NCBI GenBank assembly: GCA_951406725.2 | Contig: OX597814.1 | Location: forward strand, 4,650,001 to 4,714,000 | DNA: 64,000 nt | Direction: 5' to 3' | Source of the DNA: Octopus vulgaris | Taxonomy: Eukaryota | Shown here: positions 1 to 12,652 of the stretch, piece after piece | Numbering within the stretch: position 1 is the stretch's first letter | Layout: each line of letters starts with the position of its first letter | The notes under the pieces: generated by a model | The model's input: only the letters and a program-made list of their open reading frames with translations | The model's database searches: none | What the model was told of the DNA's origin: nothing | Translations under genes and position numbers: made by a program

Positions 1-479
1 ATCTCCAACAACATATGTTAATCTAACAAATGAAAAGTAAAGTGTTTTTATATTTGTTTTCAGATCACCGTATTAAGATTTATTAAAACTTTACCAACGT
101 ACTGAAACAATAAAACTATAGATAACGTCTTTCATTTTCTTCCATTGATGAATGGCCCGTCGTTGTTGTGCAATTTTTACAATAAAATGTCTTATATAAA
201 TTTTTGCTTATTCCTTGTCAGATCATGCATTCTCCAACCATTGTCAGGACCATTTGATTAGGACAGATTTGTGCAATATTTCGCTATGATAATAATCTAC
301 CATCAATCAATCGTTTCGCAGTCGCACATTGTCAATCCTCTCACCCGTCCAACCATCCGCCAATTCCACTTTGATATTCCCTTACCATTTCAATCAATCA
401 ATTTTAAGATTCAATTGTATTCCTTGCCAGTGTTTCTAAATCTATCCCACGTCGTCGTGTATTTGTCAATCTATTTGTA

Positions 480-570
480 ATTTAAACGGAAACCGAACAG
501 GGAACAGGATAGGACATGGAACTGGAAATAACCCCCGCTTTTCCGGGTATTACCTGGTAACCCAGCTAGT
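480..570 (+). mobile_element. Helitron-like 3' terminus
   Basis: Hairpin CCGGGTATTACCTGG followed about 10 nt later by CTAG|T, then a microsatellite. This is the typical Helitron 3' layout. The 5' extent is unknown. Confidence 0.45.
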
Positions 571-572
571 AT

Positions 573-579
573 ACACACA

Positions 580-666
<87 letters not shown>

Positions 667-775
667 GTATATGTATATGTATATATATATATATATGAAT
701 ATGTGTGTGGGTGTGTATGTGTGAAGGTATATAAGCATGTATGTAAGTGTGTATGTATGTGCATGCGTGCGCATC
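573..775. repeat. (CA)n/(TA)n/(TG) compound microsatellite
   Basis: Direct reading. It is representative of dozens of such tracts in the window. Confidence 0.95.
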
Positions 776-1120
776 CATTTACGTCACATTTACTGAAGAA
801 CGCCGTTTTACTCAATCCTGTTTTTCGGAGCTGTATGTAAGCTTCCTCGAACGTCGTGTCTCGTGATATTTTTATGTAAAATGCTGTTCTACGTATGAGC
901 CCTTGTGGCCAATAAGTGAAAGGATCATCATCCTCCTCCTCATCATCCTCATCATCATCATCGTGTGGAGCCTCAATAGACGTACAATTCCTAATGAATG
1001 TTAGCGGAAGACCAAAGAAACATTCCGTCGCCGTCAGCAATAAGAGCAGGTCTCGGAGGTCAGAGTTTCTAATATTGTCAGTGGCGGCTGCGAGAATGAC
1101 CAGGAGACTCGTCGTGTTCC

Positions 1121-1139
1121 TAGCACCCCCTGGTGACCA
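1121..1139 (-). promoter_or_regulatory. CTCF-like motif
   Basis: Minus strand TGGTCACCAGGGGGTGCTA matches the CTCF consensus TGGCCACCAGGGGGCGCTA at 17/19 positions, in non-repetitive DNA. Confidence 0.35.
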
Positions 1140-1428
1140 AGAAGGAGACAATTAGGAAAACAAGAAGACTTCTCTCAGGGGTACCGCCCCATCCTAGAAG
1201 AGGAAAATAGCGAAGAACAGAAAAGTCGATCTGTCAGGGACAGTGGAAAAGGAAGCCCTAATCACATTCAAGAAATTAGTGAGTTTTCTTTAATTATATG
1301 ACTTTTAATTGTCTGTGTCTATCTGTATTCTTTAAATTATTCTCTAATTTCAAAAACAGAGACATTTTAATATGCCTCATTATATTACATAATATATACA
1401 TACACACATACATACATACATACATACA

Positions 1429-1464
<36 letters not shown>

Positions 1465-2452
1465 TACAATATATATATAATATATACATACGTGACCAGC
1501 ATATATACATACGTGACAATAGAGTCGTACGAAATTTAGATATATATACTTATATATAAGAGACCAAAGAATTGCAGATGACTTAAGACCATAAAAATAG
1601 TGAAAGTGAGGAGGGGCAGGAGAACAGGAAGTGTGGGTGGGTGGGCAGAGATTGCAAGAGTGTATGGGAAAGTAAGAGATTGGTAGAGAGAGAGAAGGAT
1701 TGAGAGAGGAATATAATCAAGAACACGTGTTGAGAGATAAGCAGTGAAACAGAGAGGATAGAAGGAAGAGAGGGAGAGAAGACATGATTGGATAAGTTGT
1801 AAAAGTGATGGGTAGGTGTAGTGAATGGGGAGAGAGAGAGAGAGATAGAGAAAGGAGAGATGTTGTGGAGGAGAAAGTGAACAAGGATAAAAACTGAGAA
1901 GGGAAAAGAAGGAAATATAATGAAGAAACAACAAAGGAGAAAATTATAGAATTAATAATTTTACCTTCATTAAATCAAAATGCTGCTTTGTAGGTATTTT
2001 GTCTAATAATATGATAACACCTTCGGCATTGTTACTTTCTTCCACATGCTTTACAAGAGATAAGACACACTTTTGCCTGTCTCCTGCCAAAGCTCGATTC
2101 TCCAGTGTTTACCACTTCACCTCGTGATGGCTTAACAGCCCTTACCGTTTGTTTTTACTGTTTTGTCCTTACTGTCCTGTTTTTGTTACAACTTTAACCC
2201 TCCGCAAATCCCAAATTTTATTTAATTTGCTTAGCGGGAACGGCTGTTTTAACGAAGTCGCATCTTGTCCCAACGTTCGAAACGCAGAGTACATAAAATA
2301 GGGGACAACTGATGAAGGGATTGTTCTTTATGTTGCCTGTCTCGTTTCTCTATTTGTTTCTTTCGTTGTTCAAGACTCAAAGTTCGTTTTCCGTGTTTTT
2401 GTTTTTTTATGTTCTCGTTTTTCCTTTTGTTCAGGTTTTTTGAACCCATATA

Positions 2453-2506
<54 letters not shown>

Positions 2507-2511
<5 letters not shown>

Positions 2512-2725
2512 ATAAGTTTACAAAAGAAAACAAAAGACGAAGACAGTTGGTGTATACAACAAACTGATGTATTAGTTTAACACTCAGGAATAGAAAAAGT
2601 CTTTTACATTTCGAGCCTACGCTCTTCTACAGAAAGGAACACAGAAAGAAACAAGGAGAGAAACAAGGAGAGAAAAATAAGGAGAGAAAACTGTGTGTAG
2701 TGGCTAGGGATCAATCATGGCGAAT
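2507..2725 (-). mobile_element. short (TA)n-embedded element with variant minimal hammerhead (CTGTNGA family)
   Basis: Minus strand CTTT-CTGTAGA-A-GAGC-GTAG-GCTC-GAAA-TG-TA-AAAG at about 2600-2637. Homologous to 3138-3327 and 34858-35060. Confidence 0.6.
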
Positions 2726-2736
2726 CTATGCACATA

Positions 2737-2787
<51 letters not shown>

Positions 2788-2851
2788 TCAGGGTGAATAC
2801 TTGATAGTTGTAAGCACCTGTATATACCATTTAGTGGTGTAGGTGATAAAG

Positions 2852-3042
2852 TATATTAATCAAAATAAAAACATGATTCAAAGGATTTAGCGGTACATAT
2901 GTTTCGGGCCTTTAGTAATTGTACGCGGCTGAAGAAGGCCATAGACCCACATTTACATCAATTATGCATTGTTATAAAACCGTCTAATAAAGGCCTGAAA
3001 CATATGTACCGCTAAATCCTTTGAATCATATTTTTATTTTGA

Positions 3043-3050
<8 letters not shown>
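2852..3050. mobile_element. foldback PLE-pLTR-like element between (TA)n tracts
   Basis: Inverted arms of about 63 bp (2852-2914 / 2988-3050) overlapping a hammerhead motif. Confidence 0.7.
2925..3012 (+). ncRNA. type I hammerhead ribozyme
   Basis: GCGG-CTGAAGA-AGGCC...GGCCT-GAAA-CATATG-TA-CCGC: intact core, stem I and stem II pair, palindromic stem III. Confidence 0.8.
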
Positions 3051-3128
<78 letters not shown>

Positions 3129-3137
3129 TATATGTAT

Positions 3138-3327
3138 ATTCGCTAGCCTCTGCACGCATTTTTTTTCTCTCCTTGTTTCTTTTCTGTGTATCTTTCTGTT
3201 GAAGAGCGTAGGCTCGAAACGTAAAAGACTTGTTCTATTTATATTCCTGAGCGTCATACTAATACAATTGTTTGTTTGTATTCCACCTGCCTTCGTCTTT
3301 TGTTTATTTTCATAAAGCTTCCCGTTA
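3138..3327 (+). mobile_element. short (TA)n-embedded element with variant minimal hammerhead (3191-3228)
   Basis: TCTTT-CTGTTGA-A-GAGC-GTAG-GCTC-GAAA-CG-TA-AAAGA, flanked by TA repeats. Confidence 0.65.
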
Positions 3328-3679
3328 TATATACGTACATATATGTATATATGTATGAATTATATATTTATATTATAAATTTTCTTCTAATTATTTTATT
3401 CTGTTGCATAACAAATCGCTTTTAAATCACTTGGTTTTGTTCATCCCGCTTTCTATGTCTTTCTATTGGACGAAGAAATGTATCCAGGAAGAGAAAAAAA
3501 ATATACCTTGTGGTAGTACTATCCCTCTGAATTCAAGTCCCAATATCGAAACTCAGTTTCGATATTCTTCCTGCTGAGAACGACAAAATAAAGTACCAGA
3601 AAACTACTGCGGTCGATATTTAATCAGCTAAAACCTCTCACACCTAAAGTTATGGCATCGTGACTACGTAAGAAATCGT

Positions 3680-3722
<43 letters not shown>

Positions 3723-4126
3723 GCTACTACTACAGCTGCTGGTAGTGGTAGTGGTGGTGGTGGTGGTGGTGTCGAGTTGATTAACGCCATAATATCCGCT
3801 GAGCATTAATCATTTCTTTCTGGTAGATATTTACAATAAGGCTGTCTACATGACGTGATAATTGGTCTGTTGCGTTATTGTTGTCTGCACATAAAAGCAG
3901 ACAGCTGTTTATATACCGATTCCTGACGGAGACAGATATTACTGCTAATGGTTTGAAACTAAAGGTTTCCAGTTCGAATCGTGTCTGTGACTGTAGAAAT
4001 ATCTGGGAATAACATATCTAATGGCGATAGGAATTAGAATTGATGTAAACAGAGGGGAGAGCTATGAATCGTGAAATATACACACTGGAAAGGCGAGGAA
4101 TTGATATAACACTGTTAATATTACTA

Positions 4127-4511
4127 CGGCACTCCGTCGGTTGCGACGATGAGGGTTCCAGTTGATCCGATCAACAGAACAGCCTGCTCGTGAAATTAAC
4201 GCGCAAGTGGCTGAGTACTCCACAGACACATTTAACGTACCCTTAACGTAGTTCTCGGGGAGATTCAGCGTGACACAGAGTGTGACAGGGTTGGTCCCTT
4301 TGAAATACAGGTACAACAGAAACAGGAAGAAAGAGTGAGAGAAAGTTGTGAAAGAGTACAGCGGGGTTCACCACCATCCCCTGCCGGAGCTTCGTAGAAC
4401 TTTAAGTGTTTTCGCTCAATAAACACTCACAACGCCCGGTTTGGGAATCGAAAACACGATCCTACGACCACGAGTCCGCTGCCCTAACCACTGGGCCATT
4501 GCGTCTCCACA
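4127..4511 (-). mobile_element. tRNA(Arg-like)-derived SINE, family C
   Basis: Minus-strand head with A box TGGCCCAGTGG, B-box-like TTCGATTCCC and TCG anticodon loop. Homologous to 44480-44788 and 34262-34360. Confidence 0.8.
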
Positions 4512-4733
4512 TTGTTTATATATACACTGTAAGAATGAGGTATGGATATTTTAAATTGAAAATGTACTCTAAATAATATGAAATCCTAATAACGATAGGC
4601 GCGGCCATAGCTGTGTCATTGCAGGTTCGATTTCACTGTAAGACTCCTTTGGTTGACCAATGCCTGTGAGTAGAATTTGGTAGATGGAAATGCGTCTATG
4701 TTTCTGTAAATCGGCGAATAATATTCTACATAG

Positions 4734-4802
<69 letters not shown>

Positions 4803-4889
4803 GAGGAAAAAATAATAAGGCAGAATGCTAAATTGAAAGTCTCCTATCATTTCTCCACGTGCGGTTAACACAACCCCACCATTTACTGA

Positions 4890-4983
<94 letters not shown>

Positions 4984-5126
4984 TGTATGTATGTATGTAT
5001 GTATGTGTGTATCACATTCGATCACAGCACCAGTAACAGTTAAGCTTCGTGCAATGGCCATACTCGATAACGAGGGGGCAGCCATAATAATATATATATA
5101 TATATATATACATACATATATATATC

Positions 5127-5335
5127 TTTGTGTGTCTGTGTTTGTCCCCACCATCGCTTGACAATCGATATTGGTGTGTTTACGTCTCGATAATTTAGCG
5201 GTTCGGCAAAAAGGAACCGATAGAATAAGTACTAGGCTTGCAAAGAATAAGTCCTGGGATCGATTTGTTCGACTAAACGCGGTGCTTCAGCATGGCCACA
5301 GTCAAATGACTGAAACAAATAAAAAATGAAATGGA
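5127..5335 (+). mobile_element. SINE family B 3' half
   Basis: Ends GCGGTGCTTCAGCATGGCCACAGTCAAATGACTGAAAC, shared with many copies in the window. Confidence 0.8.
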
Positions 5336-5344
5336 ACAATATAT

Positions 5345-5538
5345 ATCGTGTGTACCGTTGGCGATTTTTCTTCCTCTGTCTTCCTTCTCTGGATCTTTCC
5401 TTCTCCTATGTTTCCGACGAAGAGCTCCGCTCGAAACGTTAAACCCTCCTTCTTTCCTTCTTTCCTGAGCGTCCAATAATACTATATTTGTTCCACGTCC
5501 TCGCGTTGTTGTGTTTTTTTGTGCTTTCTTGTTTGGAA

Positions 5539-5545
<7 letters not shown>
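5345..5545 (+). mobile_element. short (TA)n-associated element with minimal hammerhead-like motif (5410-5444)
   Basis: GTTT-CCGACGA-A-GAGC-TCC-GCTC-GAAA-CG-TT-AAAC. The core carries a U4C change. Confidence 0.55.
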
Positions 5546-5637
<92 letters not shown>

Positions 5638-5680
5638 ATATATATTTTTTAAATATATATATGTATATATGGGTGTTTAT

Positions 5681-5852
5681 ATATTGAGAAAAGGGGCTCC
5701 AAAATTTAGGAAAAAATCTTTTAATTTCTTTATCATTAGCGATTTCTTTCGTTTCTCGAACTCTGACAAGTTCGAGAAACGAAAGAAGGCGCTAATAATA
5801 AAGAAATTAAAAGATTTTTTACTAAAATTTTGGCGCCCCTTTTTCTCAATAT
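5681..5852. repeat. imperfect ~170-bp palindrome (foldback element)
   Basis: ATATTGAGAAAAGGGG...TTTCTCGAACT / AGTTCGAGAAA...CCCCTTTTTCTCAATAT. Confidence 0.8.
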
Positions 5853-6278
5853 TCAGTGTCTGTACACCACACCTATCACTCTATGCATATATATATATAT
5901 ATATATGCATGGATGTATGTATATGCGCTACGATTATAATATTTCTTTCTGGTTTAAACTGATGGTAAATAGTGTAAGGCTTGAATTCAATTAGCGTACT
6001 TCCATTTAATAGCATAAAGAATTGCACGAAATTTACCGTTAATAATGAGTGCAGCAGGTTGGTCAACTGTGACAGTAATGTTGTGTAAAGTGTGTCAACG
6101 ATCTTGAGTGGAATGATTGGCTTCGTTGTGGTCGGTTTTAATGGCCAGAGGGAAGGTTAGTTGATAAGTAGTTTAGTCACGTAAGCTAGACGGAAGCTGC
6201 TGACGTGCTCTAAAGTCAATGTCCTCACATCACGTCAAAGTTGAATTAAACTGAGGACGTTGCCCAGCGCAAGGAATA

Positions 6279-7056
6279 TTGGTTTCAGATTTAGGGACAA
6301 GGCTAACAATTTCGGAGGCGTGGTGGTGGTGGTGGGGAAGTCGATTACGTCGACCCCAGAACTCAACTGGTATTTATATTATTGACGAGCGAGTTGGCAG
6401 AAACGTTAGCACGCCGGGCGAAATGCGTAGCCATATTTCGTCTGCCGTTACGTTCTCAGTTCAAAATTCCACCGAGGTCGACTTTGCCTTTCATCCTTTC
6501 GGGGTCGATAAATTAAGTACCAGTTACGCACTGGGGTCGATGTAATCAACTTAATACCTATGTCTGTCCTGTTAGCACGCCGGGCGAAACGCGTAGACAT
6601 ATTTCGTCTGCCGTTAAATTCTCAGTTCAAAATTCCACCGAGGTCGACTTTGCCTTTCATCCTTTCGGGGGTCAATAAATTAAGTACCAGTTACGCACTG
6701 GGGTCGATGTAATCAACTTAATACCTATGTCTGTCCTGTTAGCACGCCGGGCGAAACGCGTAGCCATATTTCGTCTGCCGTTACGTTCTCAGTTCAAAAT
6801 TCCACCGAGGTCGACTTTGCCTTTCATCCTTTCGGGGGTCGATAAATTAAGTACCAGTTACGCACTGGGGTCGATGTAATCGATTTAATCCCTTTGTCTG
6901 TCCTCAACCCCTTGTGGGTAGTAAAGAAATATTTATTTATTTTGTTGACTCCAAAAGAATGAAATGCAACGTCGACCTTGGCGGAATTTGAACTCAGGAC
7001 GCAAAGACACACGCTAAGTATTTTGCTCGGCCTGCTAACGACTCTTCCGTCTCGCC
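6279..7056 (-). mobile_element. older SINE A copy split by a younger SINE A insertion
   Basis: Head and core at 6935-7056 and tail at 6279-6385, both on the minus strand. Confidence 0.6.
6386..6933 (+). mobile_element. SINE A trimer (~167-bp units)
   Basis: Three near-identical units with B box GTTCAAAATTCC and core GAGGTCGACTTTGCCTTTCATCCTTTCGGGGTCGATAAATTAAGTACCAG. Confidence 0.85.
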
Positions 7057-7064
7057 AGCTTCAG

Positions 7065-7335
7065 GACAAGGAATATAAACAGCAAATATATTCGCTTTAC
7101 AGACTGGTGCTTCCAATGCAGTGGAGTGTTCTGTTCTATTTGAATCGTCGTCATAACACTGGTCAGGGCACTTTGATAACGGGATGTTGTTCTCTTTCAG
7201 GAATTCTGTAACTGTGTCTGCTAAATTCTTTGTCCCATGGGAAAAGATGAGGATGAATAGGGAACGCCTACGAATGTATCTCACAATAATTTCCCGTTTT
7301 TCATTTACGAGATTTCTCACGAACTGGATGACCAT
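7065..7335 (-). pseudogene. hAT (Tip100/ZMYM1-like) transposase fragment
   Basis: LADTVTEFLKENNIPLSKCPDQCYDDDSN...AVYIPC resembles the hAT motif CRGQxYDxAxNM...YxHC. Confidence 0.7.
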
Positions 7336-7426
7336 CTGTATTAATTTGATCTAAAAAGGCAAAATAGATTTGGAAATTCATAAATAAATTCTTCTGTCTA
7401 TTAGTAAGCCACTTGTTGATATAAAG

Positions 7427-8238
7427 CAGTAGTTCTCAATGGGGGTTCATAGGAGCCTTTAGGGTCCATTTAGGATTTTGCTGTTAAAATTTATCAGCAT
7501 TAAATTGGTTATACACAAAATATTTTAACAATTTTTATATACAATTCCTTATAATATTCTTTTCTACTCTAGGCACAAAGCCCGAAATCTTGTGGGAGGG
7601 GGCCAGTCGATTAGATTGACCTCAGTACGCAACTGGTACTTAATTTATCGACCCTGAAAGGACGAAAGGCAAAGTCGACCTCGGCGGAATTTGAACTCAG
7701 AACGTAAAAGCAAACGAAATGCCTATTTTTTTACTGCCCACAAGGGGCTAAACACAGAGGGGACAAACAAGGACAGACAAACGGATTAAGTCGATTATAT
7801 CGACCCCAGTGCATAACTGGTACTTATTTAATCGAACCCGAAAGGATGAAAGGCAAAGTCGACCTCGGCGGTACTTTAACTCAGAACGTAGCGGCAGACG
7901 AAATACCTATTTCTTTACTACCCACAAGGGGCTAAACACAGAGGGGACAAACGGATTAAGTCAATTACATCGACCCCAGTGCGTAACTGGTACTTAATTT
8001 ATCGACCTCGAAAGGATGAAAGGCAAAGTCGACCTCGGCGGAATTTGAACTCAGAACGTAGCGGCAGACGAAATACGGCTACGCATTTCGCCCGGCGTGC
8101 TAACGTTTCTGCCAGCTCGCCGCCTTTACCTCCAATAAATGGGACGGACCCTTCTAACCATCGAATGACTTGAAAGGCCCACTCAATTAAAAGAGCAATC
8201 AAAGGGGTCTATAGGTAAAAAAATGGTTAAGAACCCTA
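7427..8238. mobile_element. hAT/Charlie-like MITE interrupted by SINE A
   Basis: Ends CAGTAGTTCTCAA / GGTTAAGAACCCT resemble Charlie-type TIRs. No clean TSD seen. Confidence 0.4.
7556..8127 (-). mobile_element. SINE A concatemer (head + 2 units + terminal unit with alternative tail)
   Basis: Head AAGGCGGCGAGCTGGCAGAAACGTTAGC at 8127, repeated cores, terminal tail ...GTGCCTAGAGTAGAAAAGAAT. Confidence 0.85.
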
Positions 8239-9356
8239 AACTTAAAAATGTATTGCTAGGGTAAATAGCTGTTGTTGCTAAAGGTTTTGCTTCTTTCGTT
8301 GTGGTCTTCGATAGTCCTTCGTTGAAATAATAATACAATAATTTTACAACATTTAAACACTTTTAATTTCTAGAATTTCATTTTCTCTCGCCTTTTTGCA
8401 TACTTTTGGGAAAGGGTTTCATTTTTTTTCCCTGAAAAATCTAAACAATTAAAAAACAATTAATTTTAAGATTAGATTAATCAGAAACTCACATCATTTT
8501 CAACAAAACATTCTTTCTTTTCTTTCGCTTTTTTTCATTACACTAAAACTCCGTTCAGCTAAAGTCCCAGGAACTGAAATCCACAACTGAAAATTATTTG
8601 GTAAAACATTCAAACATTTAAAGTTGTCGTTTCTTATAAAATCCCAACGCATTTACTTCCTGTTGTCGTGCTTCTTGTGAAAAGTTGGGTGTTTTTGGTT
8701 GCTTCAGAATAGTTCTTAATTATTGATATTTCATCAAAAAACTTCATTCATCTATGAATATTGGAATCAAATTTCAGTTCTTAATATTTTAATATTTTAT
8801 TTAAGTCCAAGAAATCCAGATTGTGATGCTGAGTGCCACACAATATAAGATGGGATACAAACTCCTGTCTTTTGAGATTCAAAGTCCCAGTAATTGCTGT
8901 TTCCACTACTGAAAGAAATTTCTTGTACTTGAGAGAAGTTTTATTGTCCGTTAGCAACACTGATGAAGTGGTCCTCATGCAGTTCTCATTCATCGAATAT
9001 TAAGTGCTAAAAAAATATAAACCTTCTTCCTATTTTTTAGTTTCTGTTCCAAATATTTATGTTTCTTCTCGCTTTCTGGCCAATCAGCTTCGCTTTCTAT
9101 ACCAGCAATGTTCGTTACATGAACATATCGTCTACACACACACACACACCCTCTCTCTTTCTCTCTCTCTCTCTCTCTTTCACTCTCTTTCTCTCCCTCT
9201 CTCTCTCATGTGCATCTGTACACAAAAACACAACAGTAGAATGTGATACCAACAATTCCAGTCTTCACTCGTTTTATACACACACACACACACACACACA
9301 TACATACATACATACACACATACATACATACATACATACATACATACATACATACA

Positions 9357-9388
<32 letters not shown>

Positions 9389-9389
9389 C

Positions 9390-9433
<44 letters not shown>

Positions 9434-9762
9434 GGAAAGAGAGGGTGTTAAAATAACAAAATTTCCAATACCGGTATTTGATACCGATATTGTTATGGAT
9501 ATTTTAATAAAATATGTATTTTTAAATTACTGATTCGATATGTACAAATAGATTTATTTTTTTGAAAAAAAAGACATCTTTTTCTTGAGTAACGAAAATG
9601 GTAAGAAAATATACAAAGCGATATCAATAAGTTATATTGTTTTTGAATTATTTATCATTAACATTATAAGGGATAAAATAAAAATTTAGAAAGATATTTA
9701 GTTTCAAATAATATTGAAAAATATTATTTCGAATTGAATAAAATAAACATATATACATATAT

Positions 9763-9806
<44 letters not shown>

Positions 9807-10456
9807 ACAAACGATCTATTAAGAATTATTAATCATTTAAAAAGTAAAAACTTAAAGACACAAAGAAGACGCCTCGCTGAATTTTCTGGGAATTGATGTT
9901 GTAAATGGATCTCATCGGAAATATCACTTTTTGATTCTACAAGTGTTGAGTGTTGCCAGAAGGTTTTCATCAAAACGATAAATTATATCATTTAAATGGT
10001 AAAGTCCCGATGGAAATAAGGGAGTTGTGAATAGACTTTTACTTCTTCCGTAATATCAGTCTCTGAATGAGGAGAGAGCCGTACGTTGAAATGTGATCAG
10101 AAATGTTGCCGACTTGGTCACCTCTCGCGGTTGCACGGTTGTCGGTGTTGTTCATTTGACTAATTTCAAAAACTTAGGATGGAATATTTATAACGAAAGT
10201 AATTTGTATGAAAAGTCTCTAAAATATTATTTGCAGTGACACGTGTCAGCACTTTATATGTAAAGTTGCAATATGTAAGAGGAAAATATTTCTTTCGCCA
10301 TTGACATAACAACATGAATGTAGTAGGAGGGTGCCAGAGTGAGAATGAGGAAGGGAGAGAAAGAGATAAAAGCGTCTATGAACACAGACTACGTGTGGTA
10401 TGTGTTGATAAACTGTTGAAGTAACGGACACGGATGCATACACACACACACACACA

Positions 10457-10488
<32 letters not shown>

Positions 10489-11149
10489 TACACACACAAA
10501 ACATGCCCTTATATCGATATGAAGTCTGTTGGAAATAACCCCGAATCAGAAATTTTCGAAACAATTATTTGACGATCCTATAAAAATTTCACTCCTGCAT
10601 AGATGCTATTCGTATCCAAATTCCAACTCAGAGTCTGTGCGTTTAGCCTCATCTCATTTGAGAGAACGTTTAATCGAAAACTTTTCCGGCGTGACCATCA
10701 CGTCTTTTAAAGTCAAACCAGAGATCTAATTCGTCATTCAGTTTAACGTCTTCATGTGACCCCTGGTGGCCTTTGGGAGAGTCTAGTTAGTTGAAATTGG
10801 GATAGATCTCCGATAGCTTTTTCTTCCTCATAACAGAAGTTCAAACTTAATTTGAATATTACGAACTGTATGGGAAAGTGCAGCATTGACAGCAAAACTT
10901 TTGTGGAGTAAATGATGGGCTAATTCGGCTAAGCAACATGCTTAGTTTCCAAAGTGGAAACTCCAGTCAGTAAGAAATAACGATGCCACTGTTTCTGGAA
11001 TAATATCTCGCATAGTAATGGCTGCAGACCAATGTAGGAATCAGTCGTTGATTGTGGGAAAAATGCGATATATTTTCGAAGGAGAAGTGAGCCAACAGTT
11101 TTCATCCAACGAACTGTCGGTGGAGGGAACCGACTTCACCGAGGGCTTG

Positions 11150-11960
11150 CATAGCTGTAGACGTTAGCATGGTTTAGGGTTGCAGTAATTTCTGCTTCAT
11201 ATATGATAGATTTAGTCATACATCATTGGTCAAGTGGACAGGATTCTGGGTCACAACAGTTGCAACTGGATTCAAGTACTTGGCATTTGACCATGTGTAA
11301 TGATACTCTTCATATTGGGGCAACAGCTATATGATAATTTCACAGAATGCCTATTGAATATTTTCCTGGATCTGTGAGTGGCTAGAAAGTGTTTGTCTAG
11401 GAGTGACAGGAATCTTTTACCAATGTTGGTTTTTATATTAATGGAAAAGGGAAGGACGAACCAAATAATTTCCCTTGGCCTATTTTTGGTTTCTTATTAT
11501 CCTGATTAATACTCGAGTGGCTATGAACTACTTTATCTTTGACCTATTATTAATATCTTGATTAATAGAGGGGTTATATATTAATTTATCATTGAGGGCA
11601 TAATAAGGGGCAGCTTTGTCGAAAATTTCTTTGGAAGAAGATAGGTTAGAAACTCTGTTACTAATATTAGCTATCAGATTTTTAAATACTACAGGAGGGT
11701 GACAAGACTGTTTGTGTATATATGTGAGTTTCTCATTAGGCTTATGGGAAGGTTTATACGAGGAGGAGGTTAAATCTAGGGAAACATCTACATAATCAGT
11801 TAAACAGAGATTAGTAGCTACTGTGGTTTTAAGTCCTAATTGATTAAAAGGTGAAATTAATTCCTTCCTAAATCTATCAAGAGTGTGACCAATACACCCA
11901 TGGGAAATACCTAAACTGGTGACCACGATATAGGCCAATATCATGAGCTAGGTATCTATA
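11150..11960 (-). pseudogene. Penelope-like element fragment (RT thumb, Cys-rich linker, start of GIY-YIG)
   Basis: DYVDVSLDL, YIHKQSCHPPVVFKNL, then [54 protein letters not shown]. Broken by stops and frameshifts. Confidence 0.85.
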
Positions 11961-11980
11961 TTCAATGTGTATATATATAT

Positions 11981-12652
11981 AGTAGAAAGAATAGCTATAA
12001 CGCTTTGACTGCTATTTCTAAATTCGGTGTGTGGTGAGGCAAATCGTTGCTAAACCCTTAATTACTTAGTATTACTTAAACTTTCCTCAAATGAGGCTTT
12101 TACATGCCGAAATCTACTTGGTGAAATTAATGATTATTCCAAATTAATTAATTTCACCCTATATTATTACTGATAACCATATTTCATCACAGTAAATGAC
12201 CGCAACATCTTCTCTTGGCTACACGCTGGTGGGAAGGGGTTGGTGACACAAACTTTCATTCACACTTTGAATTTGGTGATACTGGTAACGGTTTTAGCTC
12301 GCTCTGATACTGAGTTGAGATGATGCCTTCTAGTATCTCGAAATTTAATATACAATTATTCATAATTGTAGTGTCCTACGCTGATGAGAAAAGAAGTTGG
12401 GTAAGACATGATTATCTAATTCTTATGCTTTCCTAAAACTTAATTTCGAAACGTACGTCCGTAGGTGACTTAAAAATTGTATGATAGATTGCCGTCATTT
12501 CTCTCTCTCTTGCCTGTCTGTGTTTGCCTTTCAAGTGCTGTGGTTTTACTGAGATCTCCCTTTTAGTAGAAAGAATAGCTATAACTCTTTGACTGCTATT
12601 TCTAAATTCGGTGTGTGGTGAGGCAAATCGTTGCTAAACCCTTAATTACTTA

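Noticed and set aside
271-330. FAMIII resembling the Helitron/PIF1 helicase motif FAMTINKSQG
   Set aside because: Match is too short and no other helicase motifs are present.
2270-2330. Hammerhead at CTGATGA 2309 (and the homologue at 47967)
   Set aside because: Could not build convincing stems I and II around the core.
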